A DNA stretch of 63,127 nucleotides, counting the filler, from Asterionella formosa (lineage: Eukaryota): the NCBI GenBank assembly GCA_002256025.1. It is 13 parts of 13 records of this genome, joined end to end, with 100 filler letters (N's around TTAATTAATTAA, not from the genome) between each part and the next. Parts side by side here need not be neighbours in the genome. Positions count along the whole stretch, not along the records: positions 23,276 to 46,432 come from NKIB01002520.1; positions 46,533 to 47,951 come from NKIB01002528.1; positions 48,052 to 49,470 come from NKIB01002529.1; positions 49,571 to 50,989 come from NKIB01002530.1; 9 more parts are not named here. One strand, given 5' to 3'. A program made the position numbers and the translations under genes. Below, piece by piece: positions 37,885-49,772 of the stretch. The number at the start of each line of letters is the position of its first letter. Position 1 is the stretch's first letter. The notes beneath the pieces are model-generated. The model ran no database searches. It had not been told where the DNA came from and worked only from the letters and a program-made list of their open reading frames with translations.

Positions 37885-40800
37885 CTTCTCCGTTATCGGG
37901 GCGTTTCAAATGATCCCTGTATTTTTACTAATATTGTTGGTGCTGGTATTGATTCAGAAGAAAAGATTAACAAGCTTCTGTTTACCATTACGGCCACATT
38001 TGAGAAGCATCCCCAAAATTGGGAAACTTTTTTTCCTGATGAGCCGATGGAATTAATCATACCTGTCATTCCAAATAAAGATCACCAACGTTGTATATTC
38101 TCCGTTTATGCATTGACACAGGCAAGTGAAAACGAAATAGTTCATGCCAGGTCATCTTCTCCCAATACCACTCCAAGAAGTAAAGATCGTGTTGCTTGTA
38201 TGCCCATGGTATATCTTGTTTCTACTTCTTCCTCAGAGCGCCTAATTGAGTCTATTGAATCTGATAGACTTGATATAAAATCTCCCCCTTCCAAAGCAAA
38301 AGCAAAATGTAAATTAATGGCAACTCCAGACATGTTTGTCAATCCGGAAGAAGCAGTCCATGACTGGTCACTAAAGAGTTCCGAAATCGTAGGAGTGATT
38401 GGGAAATTAAATTTTAAAAAACAGGTCGAAGTGGAAAGTGATTTGTTCCATTTATCCAGTAAGGAGTTGGAAATATTGAAACAGGACATGGTCGCTAGTC
38501 TGGATGTAGTTCATGGATGCATTTGGTAACATATAGTTGTCTTTCTGATGTAGTCTGAAATCTCGAGGAAAGTGAGTCTTCCATAAAATTATTGCTGGTC
38601 CTATATGATTCCGAAATTTCCTTGAAGTGTCAAATGATGTTTTGTTAAAGACTCTAGGAACACATAGAATTTTTTGAGAACAAAATCCAGGACACTGTCA
38701 TCTAGTCTCTTCTCCTTGCCTTTGGCATCATGATCAAAGTATCTAACCAGTAAGAGTTGTTCCTTACTCTTCCGTTGTCTCTTGAACAGACATGAAAAAT
38801 GCCTTAGAAACACGTTTTTCCTGATTGAAAAATCTGCGAAAAGTCTCCCCTTCACAACCAAGATTGTTCCATTCCTTGTAGCACTCAGAGCATTTGCCAT
38901 TCCAGATAACAAGTGATATATGGCACTATCGACAGCGTGCAAATGTCAAGTTGTCAAGATAAACGTGACTGTAACAGAACAAGGAAGCAGAAAGGGATAA
39001 TGGTCTGTCAACTAGCTATAGGATTAGACAGTGGTGTGTGCTGGATTGGAAGCGCTGCAGCACCAACATACTCAGTAATAGATTAGATTGGTAGCGCAAA
39101 GCTACAGTTTCATAGTACCAGCTTAGCAATAGCTAGGTACAGTTTCACAGTAGCCACGTCATGTTCCGACTGGGTATTGAGACAAGGGGAAGAAGGGAAT
39201 GCTGGTAGGGCAAACCTACAGTTTCACAGTACCAGCGTAGTAATAGGTACAGTTTCACAGTACCGGGTATTCGAATTCCTGTTAAGTCTTGTATATTTTA
39301 TCTAATCTTACATCGAAAAAGTTACTAGACATACAGTGATGTATGTAATACACACTTTTTGAAGAAGAGGAAATGTTGAGATATTGTTGTTAAAAAATTC
39401 ATGCCGGTAGTGCATTCTATTACACATAACAAACTGATGAAAGATTGGTGATAGAGAGCCTTCTACCGGTATCGAACCAACCGGTGGGAAGAGGTAAGTA
39501 ATAGGATTGTTTGCTTCTCAACTGTGGCTACCAAGGGGCTTATGATCAGTACCGTGTGAGACCCGAAGCAAACTATCAAATTGTATCGCTGTTTGTGTGC
39601 GCTGCTACCACTCAAAGTTTCTACACTTCCTCAGGACAAACGATAAAAATCAACCTAATTTTGAGATAAGAAACTGCACTTACTATGTTTGTGCACAATG
39701 CTGCAAAGGGTTTGTAGTGTCTGTGTCCGATAATTTGGATTTCGACATTAATAACATCTTTCCCTTCCATAAATGCAGATGTGAGGGTTAACAACGCTAA
39801 CCTGTCACCCATTTATCAACAGTGAGAGCATAGCTAAGTTGCTATACTCTCATTTGATGCTTGTTATGTCGATTGGAACGACGTGAAGTTACTAGTATAT
39901 AGATTGTTTATGTCATCAGTTCGTGGCACATGTGTGGCTGGAGATGCTTTAATTGTTGCAACACTTTTGCTAACATTGATATTATCTCCTCAAAATCATA
40001 CAGGAACCTTGTAGAATGTAGCTTGCTACCATTCTTAATGGAAGCAACAATCAACCATGAGATCACAGGTAAGTAATATGCACATTACCTGCTCATACGG
40101 AAATGGAGTGATGGATTGTTCATGTGATCATTTCATTGCACATATCTTCGTTTACATGCCTTGCTTACTTGATGCAACAGTTTTGCTAACATCGTTGTTA
40201 TTATCTCTTAGTACAGGAAAGTTGTACAAGAACATTGGAGAATGTGACTTGCTGCCATTTGCAATGGTAGAGGGTCGAATAAAGCATCATCAATTTCGTT
40301 TACTCTCGCATTTTAATGATCTAAACATAGATACCATAAGTGAAAATTAAGGTGCATCCACTTCCTGAAATGAAGGATCTCAAGCAACGAAAAACTGAAG
40401 TGACAATAAACCATGCGGCTAAGAACGAGTGAATATGATGGGCGGAGAAGGGCGGAATCAACAAGCTGTGTATAGTATCACAGCATGTCAAGAGCATATG
40501 CCAGGATGATCAATTATTGAGATTACAATTACGGAATGACTTGTCCCCTTTCAGTGATTCAATAGCTCCTTTTCGATTTGGTGACTGGTGGCCAACCATC
40601 AATGGCTCTGGACAAAAGAAATCGGTAAGTGCTGCCTATCAGCCATCTTTGGATCAATCTACAACTGTTAGAAAAACTGACACATATGTGTTGCTTCTTT
40701 CAGGATAATGGTAGACAAACAGTAATTGTAAGTTACAAACAGCAGTGTTGGAGCCCATTTATTGATCGATACTTTGCATCTCATTCACTCTTCGACTGAC

Positions 40801-41492
40801 ACATTCTTCTACAGAAATATGCATCAGTTACTTCCTCAAATTGTGGTAAGTAAAGATAGAAGCGAAATGAATGTTGTTGTGTAAGCAAAACATGAACAGC
40901 AAACAATGAATTGCTTCTCTTTGTTAGTATGATTGGGACAACGAAACGGATTCAATAGTAATAGGAAAATGCGTGAATGCAAACTCAGATCCGTCAGGAG
41001 TAAATGGAACAAAGCAGGCAGGGGAACAACGGCAAGGCAACCAGTACAACAACCTTCAGAATTGGATTGGGGGAGGGGGAGGTGGAAGTGAAAGCGGCAC
41101 CAACAATCATTGCAATGAGAGCATTGTAGAACATTCTGTAGCCACTCAAGATAAAGAAGCATAGAACCATTCTTAAATATAGTTCTAAATTTCGATCAAT
41201 TTCATCCTATTTTAGACAGTGATATCGATGAGATTTACGATCATGCTAAGATAGATGTATGACAAAAGTATACACATCAAATGACCATGTTTAACTAATT
41301 ATATGATGCAATGGTCTTATAAATATGATAGTATCATCATACTTCAAGCTCGGTAAAAGTTTACTGCATGATCAAATTATATGATACATTTATCATATTT
41401 TTGATCAAAAAACTATCATGTATGTAATAATCCTGTGCCACTTAGCGACGATACCCTTGATCCTATATTCATGATAGTTTTATTTACATACA

Positions 41493-42110
41493 CACTGTTC
41501 TCACTCCTACTGGTGAAATCTGCACCGATCAAAGATCAAACTGGCAAATTCCTCCTTCCCTCCAGCACAGGAAAAATTACGTAATGGTGTTATATGATTA
41601 TGATAGCAACTTCATTTTCACACAACCATTCCGCAATTGCTGCATACAAATATTTTCATCAACGCCTTTGCAAAGCTGGTCTGCGCCCCCGCCTTCAACG
41701 CTTAGACAATGAATGTTCCACTTTGCTCAAGGAATACATGGATGCTGAATCCATTGATTATCAACTGTTGCCTCCGGCTGTCCATTGACGCAATGCGGCC
41801 AAACGTGCCATCCGCACGTTTCAAAATCATTTTATTGCTGAGCTATGCAGTGTTGACAAGAATTTTCCTCTGCATCTCTGGGATCAACTGTTGGAACAGG
41901 CCGAGATCTCACTTAATCTACTTCGTGGGTCGCATATGAATCCAAAATTATCTGCATGGGCCCTGGACAATGACATTTACGATTACAATTGTCGTCATTT
42001 GGCACCTCCTGGTTGTAGGTTTCTTGTTCATACTAAACCCCAACAACGCACTACATGGTCAGCACACACCCTTGATGGCTGGTATGTAGGTCCTGCTACT
42101 GATTCTTATT
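41493..42110 (+). mobile_element. Continuation of the CoDi-like copia element: integrase core, degraded
   Basis: PTGEICTDQ(dup)TGKFLLPSSTG, YVMVLYDYDSNFI, LQRLDNECS, NAAKRAIRTFQNHF, FPLHLWDQLLEQAEISLNLLRGS, LAPPGC, DGWYVGPA. Confidence 0.88.
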
Positions 42111-45100
42111 AGGTTCTGGGTAATCATGAGCTTAATGATTAGTGTATCTATATTAGCTCCTAGTCCAAGAGGACTCACAAGGATCTTGATGAGAAGGGCA
42201 TTTACTAGGTGTCAAGAGTCCATGCTAGGTGTCATGTTTTAGCCTAGCATTGGTACGTCTATTCTAGAGATACATCTGTACCAATAGTTATCACGTTAAA
42301 TATAGCTGTGGTTACAAAATGCAATATGTACTACGAGCTACATACTAGTAACTGTGAGTATGGCATCACGTACTAATCATGATCACTCTCGTGTTAGCTA
42401 CATGTATATGTACTACATATCATGGGTTCCATGGTAGTCGTGTGCGTAATGTGAAAGGGTACCTGGTGCACCTTTCACTTATGGTTGACGTGGTATACAT
42501 ACACAGTGTGTATTGTGTAAATCTCTACAGTGAGAGTAAACAAGTATATGGTCTGTATAGAAGAGCCTATAAGGTTAACGTTATATAGGACTTATACCAT
42601 CTAATGATATAGTAGATCTAGCGTGGTACATAATGTACCATAGGTCAGACAATGCATTCAACAAGGCGCAATTCAAAAAGAAAAGAAAATGAAGCAAAAA
42701 AATATATGCAGCACAATTTGAAACAAAAGAATTACAGAGTCGAAAGGAACTAACAGAAGAACCGGATGCCAAAACTATTATCCGGAAGTCAAATGCGCAA
42801 TGCAAACATTGCGGTTGGAAGGATCATCAGCAATAAAGCAACGCACTCTGCCCATTCTTTCAAGGCAAGGTGCATTATATTAGTACTGGTATGCAGATGT
42901 TAGCAGATACAGAACCGGCAAACACCCCAAAAATGTTACATGCATATCCAGTGTAGCCGGTGTGGGTTTACAAGATCTCGTAAACCGAGCCAATTAAATG
43001 GAGGTACCGGTAAGTAATTCGTAATAGCCAGACACTTACAATGGAAGTTTTGGTACAGGAAAATTTACGACTTAATATTGCATCACAAGACTCTGATTTA
43101 GATGATGGTGTTTCGGCGAAAAGTGATGGTTCTGATTCCGATATTTTGTAGACTGTAGAAAAGGCTAATAATGTCGAATTTTTGAAGACAATAGCTCAAC
43201 ATTGGCTTGGTCTGAAGACGATTCAGATACATAGGTGGGTAAGAACCCTCGAATAGCGTCAGTATATGATAACTTCTGTCGAGAAACTGTAGAAAGGAAC
43301 TCCGGTTTTTACTATGCCAAATTAAGTGTTGATTCCCCCCATAATTTCTGGTCCTAATAGCATTGTTGAAAGACCGAAATCCTTTCTGCCGTTTCTTGTC
43401 AGATCCTATGATATCCTGACAATATATAGTGTTGACATATCTCCTCCCACCTCTGTCAGAAGACTGTAATAAGCAAGTGAAAAGAAGGGTTTATATATTG
43501 GTAAAAGCTCCATTTAGTAGTGATATACATTTACATTTTAATCGTAAGAAGTGTGTGTTTGACTACTGGTGGGACTATGAACTAAAAATATTTTTTAAAC
43601 CCTACCTCTAATCTAGGGTTGAAATGCACAAACCTTAAGAAAAATACCGTACGTCAAAATCAGTCACGGCAGAGTACCAGGTACATTGAGTGTCCGACGC
43701 AAGAAGGTTCAGTAATCGAGATATTCAGCTTTATCTTTTTCTTAAGTAAAAACGTGTTGTAATACCGGTCATTGAGCAATTTTAATTATACCACCGTTAT
43801 TTGCTCTTGCTTGAATGAGGGGCCACGAGGTAGACCCCGTAGGCCTAGTACTAGTATTAGTAAATTCCTGACCCTATGTACCAGTAATATTTTGCGCCTA
43901 AACACCCTTGTTAAAATCACATTGACCATGTCAGTATTATTCTGTTGGTTAACTCCTTAATTTTAAAACCTCCCGTGCCGTTTGATTTATCAACATAACC
44001 GTGATGATCAGCGCTTTCAGTAAACGCATCAAACAGCGCGGGAGCACACGGTTTCGTTCATATAAGACCAATGTAGTGTTGAGCATGGCATATCCACGCC
44101 TACATTACCAACCAAATCATGTGCAGCACGTGCAAAACCTCTTGAGCTTGAGGGTACTTGGAGTTGAAACTGTACAGGAATTCCTCAAATAGGGTGCTAC
44201 ACCAGTGATGACATAGCAACTTCAGCGATTTCACAACCATCGATGTGAAATGGACTTCGATTTCAAGGTCATCATGAATGAACTCAGCCATGACAACAAA
44301 GAGATTGGATGATAAAATTATTTAAATTTATACATAAAATGTATTCATGTGGATGTTATTTATGCACAAAATTTTACTGATGCTAAAATTATGTTGTACT
44401 GGTGGTAGCTACAGTGGCTAGTACCTTATGTACTAGCTAGTTTCAGGATGCAGCCAGCTATTTAAATTTTATTTTAGTGAAAACAATATTTACATCGATA
44501 AAATCTGGGCCGGGTCCTGCCATTACCGGTAACTATTTGAAATTGAATTACTTCATGGCAATGAGCAAAAATTTGAGTTATGGAGCAAATTTATTTAGCA
44601 ACTAGCAATTTCTCTGAGTGATGAACAAAAATTTCGAGTAGTGAGCAAATTGGAGGGTTTATTAAGGAGGGAATGCCAAATCACTACATACGCTTATAAT
44701 TTTATCTTACTTAAAAGGAAGAACATAGATAGGAAGCCAGTTGACTCCAATGGTCAGTCGTAATTGCAAAGCTCTGCGTGCAAGGCGGGCTGAAACCAAG
44801 AAATCGCGCAGTTGGCGCAATTCGAGCACCGTCGAGTGTAGCTCGTTCATACAAAGAGAAGCGATACATGCTCAGCTGCAAATGGACCGTTTCAGATTTG
44901 TGAAGTATCAGAAAATCATGACAAAACGTGTTAGTCTACGAATAAAGGTTCAAAGCGGTAAAAATTTCGATTCATATTGAGGTTCAAAGCAGTTTTGAGG
45001 TGGCAATTCCCGCTCCAGCTATCGTCTTGCCATTCGGGTACTTCTAAGTAATTTTTAGTCTCTAAGTAATTTCTTAAGTAATTTTTATTTAAGGGCAATA

Positions 45101-46532
45101 TGGGAGACATCGAATTTTTCGGCAATAAAATTGCCGATTTTAGCATGACAACCAAAATAACGGTAATATGCATGGAGATGGTACAACAAGCGTAAAACAC
45201 ACGAGAATGATTGTAACATGCAACATCAATGAAAATTGAACATGATGTTTGGAGCAACCAAAGTATGTAATGCGATGTAATAAATAGCATCAAATGAGAA
45301 ATAGAAAAAATTGTTTTGGTATGCATTGTACTTACACACCAGCAGGCAACATTGACTTTCCATCACCAGACAATCGAAGACCAAAATAAGAAGGGAAAAG
45401 CTGAACCCAATCTTGACCTACTACATCGTTATGTAGCGTAAATGGTCTGGTTTCTGCAACCATGTGCATCGCTGTAGTAGCCTGACACCAGTAGCAGTAT
45501 TTCCGCCATAGTCATTCCTCTCCGCTGCCCACCAAGCAAACAAGCAACCCTGATCATTCCATTCTGAGCAAGCGTGATCGCCACGCTGCTCCAGAACTAT
45601 TGACTCTCTCTAGCTGAGTATTCTTCATGTAGCTTCTGATACGAACTCGTAGTAGAATTGTAGCAAAGCGCGTTAGTACAAGAAATGCATTGCTTGGCGG
45701 CAATATTGACATCATTGTCAACGACTATACAAATCAAAAAATACGATCAACAACGGCACAATACCACATCTTCAATGAGTAGTCATTGATAAATGCATTG
45801 GTTCTCATGTAGATATGAACAATCGAAACAAAACGACAGTGCGTAACGACAAACAACGATGGAAGCGATCAAAACAAACCACGGAAGCAATCAAATCGGA
45901 AAGTCGATAAATACAATCTACAATCCACATTCAGTATTTCACTGTTGTACTCACCGATCCGCTTCAACTAGCATAACAAGCAGCAGACGATGGGATAACA
46001 GAAAGACGAACGTTGCCTATTGCAAGCCCGAATAGAGCAAAGGCAGGCAAGATAGAGTGAGAACTATATTTGTGAGGACGAAATCGGGCATACGGTACGT
46101 AAAATCAATGAATATGTGAACGATATAATTCAACATTTCAGGTCTCGTAAAAATAATACCGAGTCTACAGAGATAATATTATTACGTGTTCAAAGTAAGC
46201 GTTAAAGCATGCATGGTTGTTTTTAGTACCACGTACGTATGTAGACTAGATGACTGCCGGTACCGGTAGAATATCCGTTAAGCATCATTACATACATGAC
46301 CGGAACAAAAACTTGCCACCAACATCAGATGTATCGATATCATCGTGCGTCCGACGAAATGTGGACGATGCGACTACATGAATACCTCAAGAAGACAAGC
46401 AATCCAACAATCAACCGCATCCGTTAGGCAAANNNNNNNNNNNNNNNNNNNNNNNNNNNNNNNNNNNNNNNNNNNNTTAATTAATTAANNNNNNNNNNNN
46501 NNNNNNNNNNNNNNNNNNNNNNNNNNNNNNNN

Positions 46533-46674
46533 ACCCATGATTTTGTCTGACAATAATAAACCATCTGCAAATTGTTGATTGTTAAATCTCGCTGGATCCT
46601 GGCACCAGGTACTCCTTTGAAAAAAACAAGAGAAGCAAGCTTCTCTCCAGACATTGAAATGCCCATCAACGCCT
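46533..46674 (-). pseudogene. Pogo-like (DDE_1) transposase fragment
   Basis: ALMGISMSGEKLASLVFFKGVPGARI..YYCQTKSW fits the G.KL...IFKG...Q..AW pattern. Confidence 0.6.
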
Positions 46675-47951
46675 CAAACACTTGTTCCTCTCGACATGGC
46701 TGCTTTGTCGTTGTTGCAAGAATCATAGTGAGGACTGGAGAGGATGATGATCCAAATTACATTACTTTAGCTGGTACATTTTCCTACCAAGAAATTCAAA
46801 TACAGCAATCTAATAGAAACAATACATATAATAATTAAATATACATAGTCAAAAGGGTTACTATTTAAATTACAAGGGCATCTATCAAAATTATTAGATA
46901 ACATAACAAAAAAATATGATCAGATGATCACAATCCTATGATGCATCATGGAAATATGATGGTTTTAATTTGCAGACGATGTCTTTGATGAATCATCATC
47001 TACAGTGCACAGTATGTATGTGTGCAATCCGTTAAGAGCTTGAAAAGAAATCCTATGAAAACTAAATGGCTCATAACAAAACACGAATGTTCCAGTCTGT
47101 CACTGGAGCATCGATGAGTGTTACAACCTCAATCATAGCTAAACAACATCCAGTATAGAACAGCACAATCTACTTCTGTGTTACATCGTCTCCTCTCTAA
47201 CGAGAAAATAAAACATTTATAAATGAAACGCAGCATAGCAGGCGATATGCACAAAGAAGCAAGAGACTGTCTATGTATAGTAACAGAGTGATTCTGGTTT
47301 CGAAATATTCATGTCTCATTAGATTTCCTTTGTCATCGTACTAGTTCCTTACCTTTGACAACAGGAGCGTTCTCTTTGATGTTTCTGGACTGGAATGGTT
47401 CAATGGATGGCAGCAGTTGGATTTAGACACAAACCTCGACAAAAGCACTACTTTGTAGATTTTGATGAACAAGTTGAATTCCCATTTATGGATTCAAGTT
47501 TCAGTAGTGCAGTGTAAAACATTAGAAGCCGGAAGTAACATTTCATCTAATTACGATTTTCAGTTTACTAGCATTGATTGAGAGGAAGCAATGGTAGAAT
47601 GACAAACAGGCTGGGACAAACAACACAGAGGAGCCTAATTTTTCTCCCCAATGATCCCAGACCTTCTTGGATGTCACTTGCTACAGACAAAAAAGAGAAC
47701 AGCCGCCATGATCTGTTGATTGTTTCTGTATGCCACTGACCAAAACCTCCAGAAATCGCAATGAGCAAGTTGTTTCTTGACTTGAATGACCAAGGGATCA
47801 AAACCAGTGGAAAAAGCAAAAGTGAACTAGGAAGGAAGGTTGGGAAGGGAAGTAAAGGGATTATTGCTGGTTTTGTGGGAACAAGGATGGATTGACCCAA
47901 ACAATGTTGACAAATAGATACTTTCCGGAAAAAGGAAGCAATGCTTTCGGC
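46675..47951. mobile_element. Third left end of the CG-ended TIR family (inverted, ending 46978) abutting an internal copy equivalent to 27850-28966
   Basis: 46675-46978 is the reverse complement of ~27512-27815 and ends TTTGCAGACG; 46979 onward aligns with 27850 onward. Confidence 0.82.
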
Positions 47952-48834
47952 NNNNNNNNNNNNNNNNNNNNNNNNNNNNNNNNNNNNNNNNNNNNTTAAT
48001 TAATTAANNNNNNNNNNNNNNNNNNNNNNNNNNNNNNNNNNNNNNNNNNNNTCCAACACAAAACATGTAATCTGGCTAGCTCGGAAAACAGTTATCTTTC
48101 ATTCATGGCATGATCGTTTTGAACTTTTAGAATTTGATTTGGCAGAAACTATTTTAGGGTCAAACTCATTCCCCCAATCCAAAAAATTGGGGGGTTTTAC
48201 TGGAAAGCTAGATTTCATCAGGGTCAGCCAGATGCGGCCACAGGAGAGGGATCAAAGAACATGATAGTCGACCCCTGCCAATGAGTGCACATGTCCGGGA
48301 ATACATATAGCGGTACATGCACATACGGTTATACGTTTAATATGAATGCTCTCTGCCTACCAGTACATACTGTGTATAATTACAATCGCTCATGAATCGA
48401 ACAAACATGAGAAATTTCCCATTACCATGATTAAATGATTATAAATTTTCGATTTTGTACAACTGCTTAACACTATTATTAGTTTCTTAGATAGAATACA
48501 TGTGTTGCTAGCAAGTAGTGAAAGAAACAAACACGTAGCTTTGATATTCATTGCGAAATAGCTAACATTGAAAATCGGCAGAAGCTACATGGTGTTCGAC
48601 CGCAATGACAATATCTCCATGATTTCTTGCTGGATCAATAACCAAGTAGCTAGTTCGCACATAGTAACCGTTGTATATCAAGTAGACATATTCTATAATA
48701 TCAGAAGCTGAAAACAACTACCGGTATTGGTTTTTAATTTGTGATTTATCTGTTAACAATAGGCATATCATCATTGTCATCATGTAACCGGTACCAAACC
48801 AGCAAACATCATGTTCCTATAACATACATGCTTG

Positions 48835-49470
48835 TGAAGTATCTAACTAGAAGTAGTAGTATTTGTTGAATATATGAGCTTATTTGTTAATCCTTGTGTG
48901 TAACTCGTTCTCCAAGTCGACACCAAAGTATACAATGAGGGTTAGTCGAGTTCTCTCATTATTGAGTTCTTATTCATATATGATATAACACTAACCCTAT
49001 ATGCATCTGTATTGATGCGCAAGATCGCTCACTCTCCCACACCAAGGGAAAACCTTTTACCTTTGAAAAGGTTTGATGTAATGGATATTAATTCGTTCCG
49101 TAGTATGCATAGTTTGTTGAAAAGTAACTGGACCATTGGCATATACTTGAATAAATAGAATAAGGACCTCGTCCATGGTTATCCAAGGTAGTAGGATTAT
49201 CCGATAGGATTAAAACCTCATCAACAACCTTGTAATCGCAAGAACGACGACGGAAATTATCACGACGTAGTCATTTGTCAATTATCACTTATCGACATTG
49301 ATATCCCAATATCAATTACATATCTGTAATCAAATCATGTTGGAAAACCCATGTTCCTGGTGAAAATACACAATGTACTATAAATAGTAGCTCGAGCTGC
49401 ATATGATGCAGCAAACTGGTATCCACAATATTCTGAACTTGAAATTCCTTGATTGGAGGATGAGCCTTTA
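48835..49470 (-). mobile_element. Ty3/gypsy 3' end: integrase C-terminus, polypurine tract and probable short LTR
   Basis: ASYAARATIYSTLCISPGTWVFQHD..NFRRRSCDYKVVDEVLI..GPY..QVYANG..TERINIHYIKPF, then GGGAGAG followed by TG at 49031; far LTR end approximate. Confidence 0.7.
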
Positions 49471-49571
49471 NNNNNNNNNNNNNNNNNNNNNNNNNNNNNN
49501 NNNNNNNNNNNNNNTTAATTAATTAANNNNNNNNNNNNNNNNNNNNNNNNNNNNNNNNNNNNNNNNNNNNA

Positions 49572-49772
49572 TGCATTCCTGACGAGAAATACTGTGTTGT
49601 CGATCCGGAAAGTGGGGAACTCATTCGTCTCACAGTAGCCGAAAAGGAGCGTATCTTTCTGGACGCGCTTCAGTCCTACTATGCCACTGGAAGGCAAATG
49701 CTCAAGGATGACGAGTTTGACCTATTGAAGGAAGATTTGCAATGGAACGGATCTGACATGGTTGTCATGAAT
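49572..49772 (+). CDS. PGRL1: Fragment of PGR5-like protein 1 (not in the ORF track)
   Basis: CIPDEKYCVVDPESGELIRLTVAEKERIFLDALQSYYATGRQMLKDDEFDLLKEDLQWNGSDMVVMN matches the PGRL1 repeat motif. Confidence 0.8.

Larger units (their letters stand above)
27512..41492. mobile_element. Large unclassified TIR element (outer copy; ~7.6 kb without the nested copy) inserted in the copia element
   Basis: Left end CATCTGCAAATAAAAACCATCAT and right end ATGATAGTTTTTATTTACATACA are imperfect inverted repeats; both subterminal regions match those of the inner copy; copia coding sequence resumes right after 41492. Confidence 0.78.

Noticed and set aside
39096..39265. Four TACAGTTTCA(C/T)AGTA repeats resembling a mini CRISPR array
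   Set aside because: Spacers are uneven and partly duplicated themselves, so this is a duplicated doublet; eukaryotic context and no cas genes
42110..46432. LTR-like stretch and weak MULE-like coding traces at the end of contig 2
   Set aside because: No defined termini or diagnostic motifs that I can support
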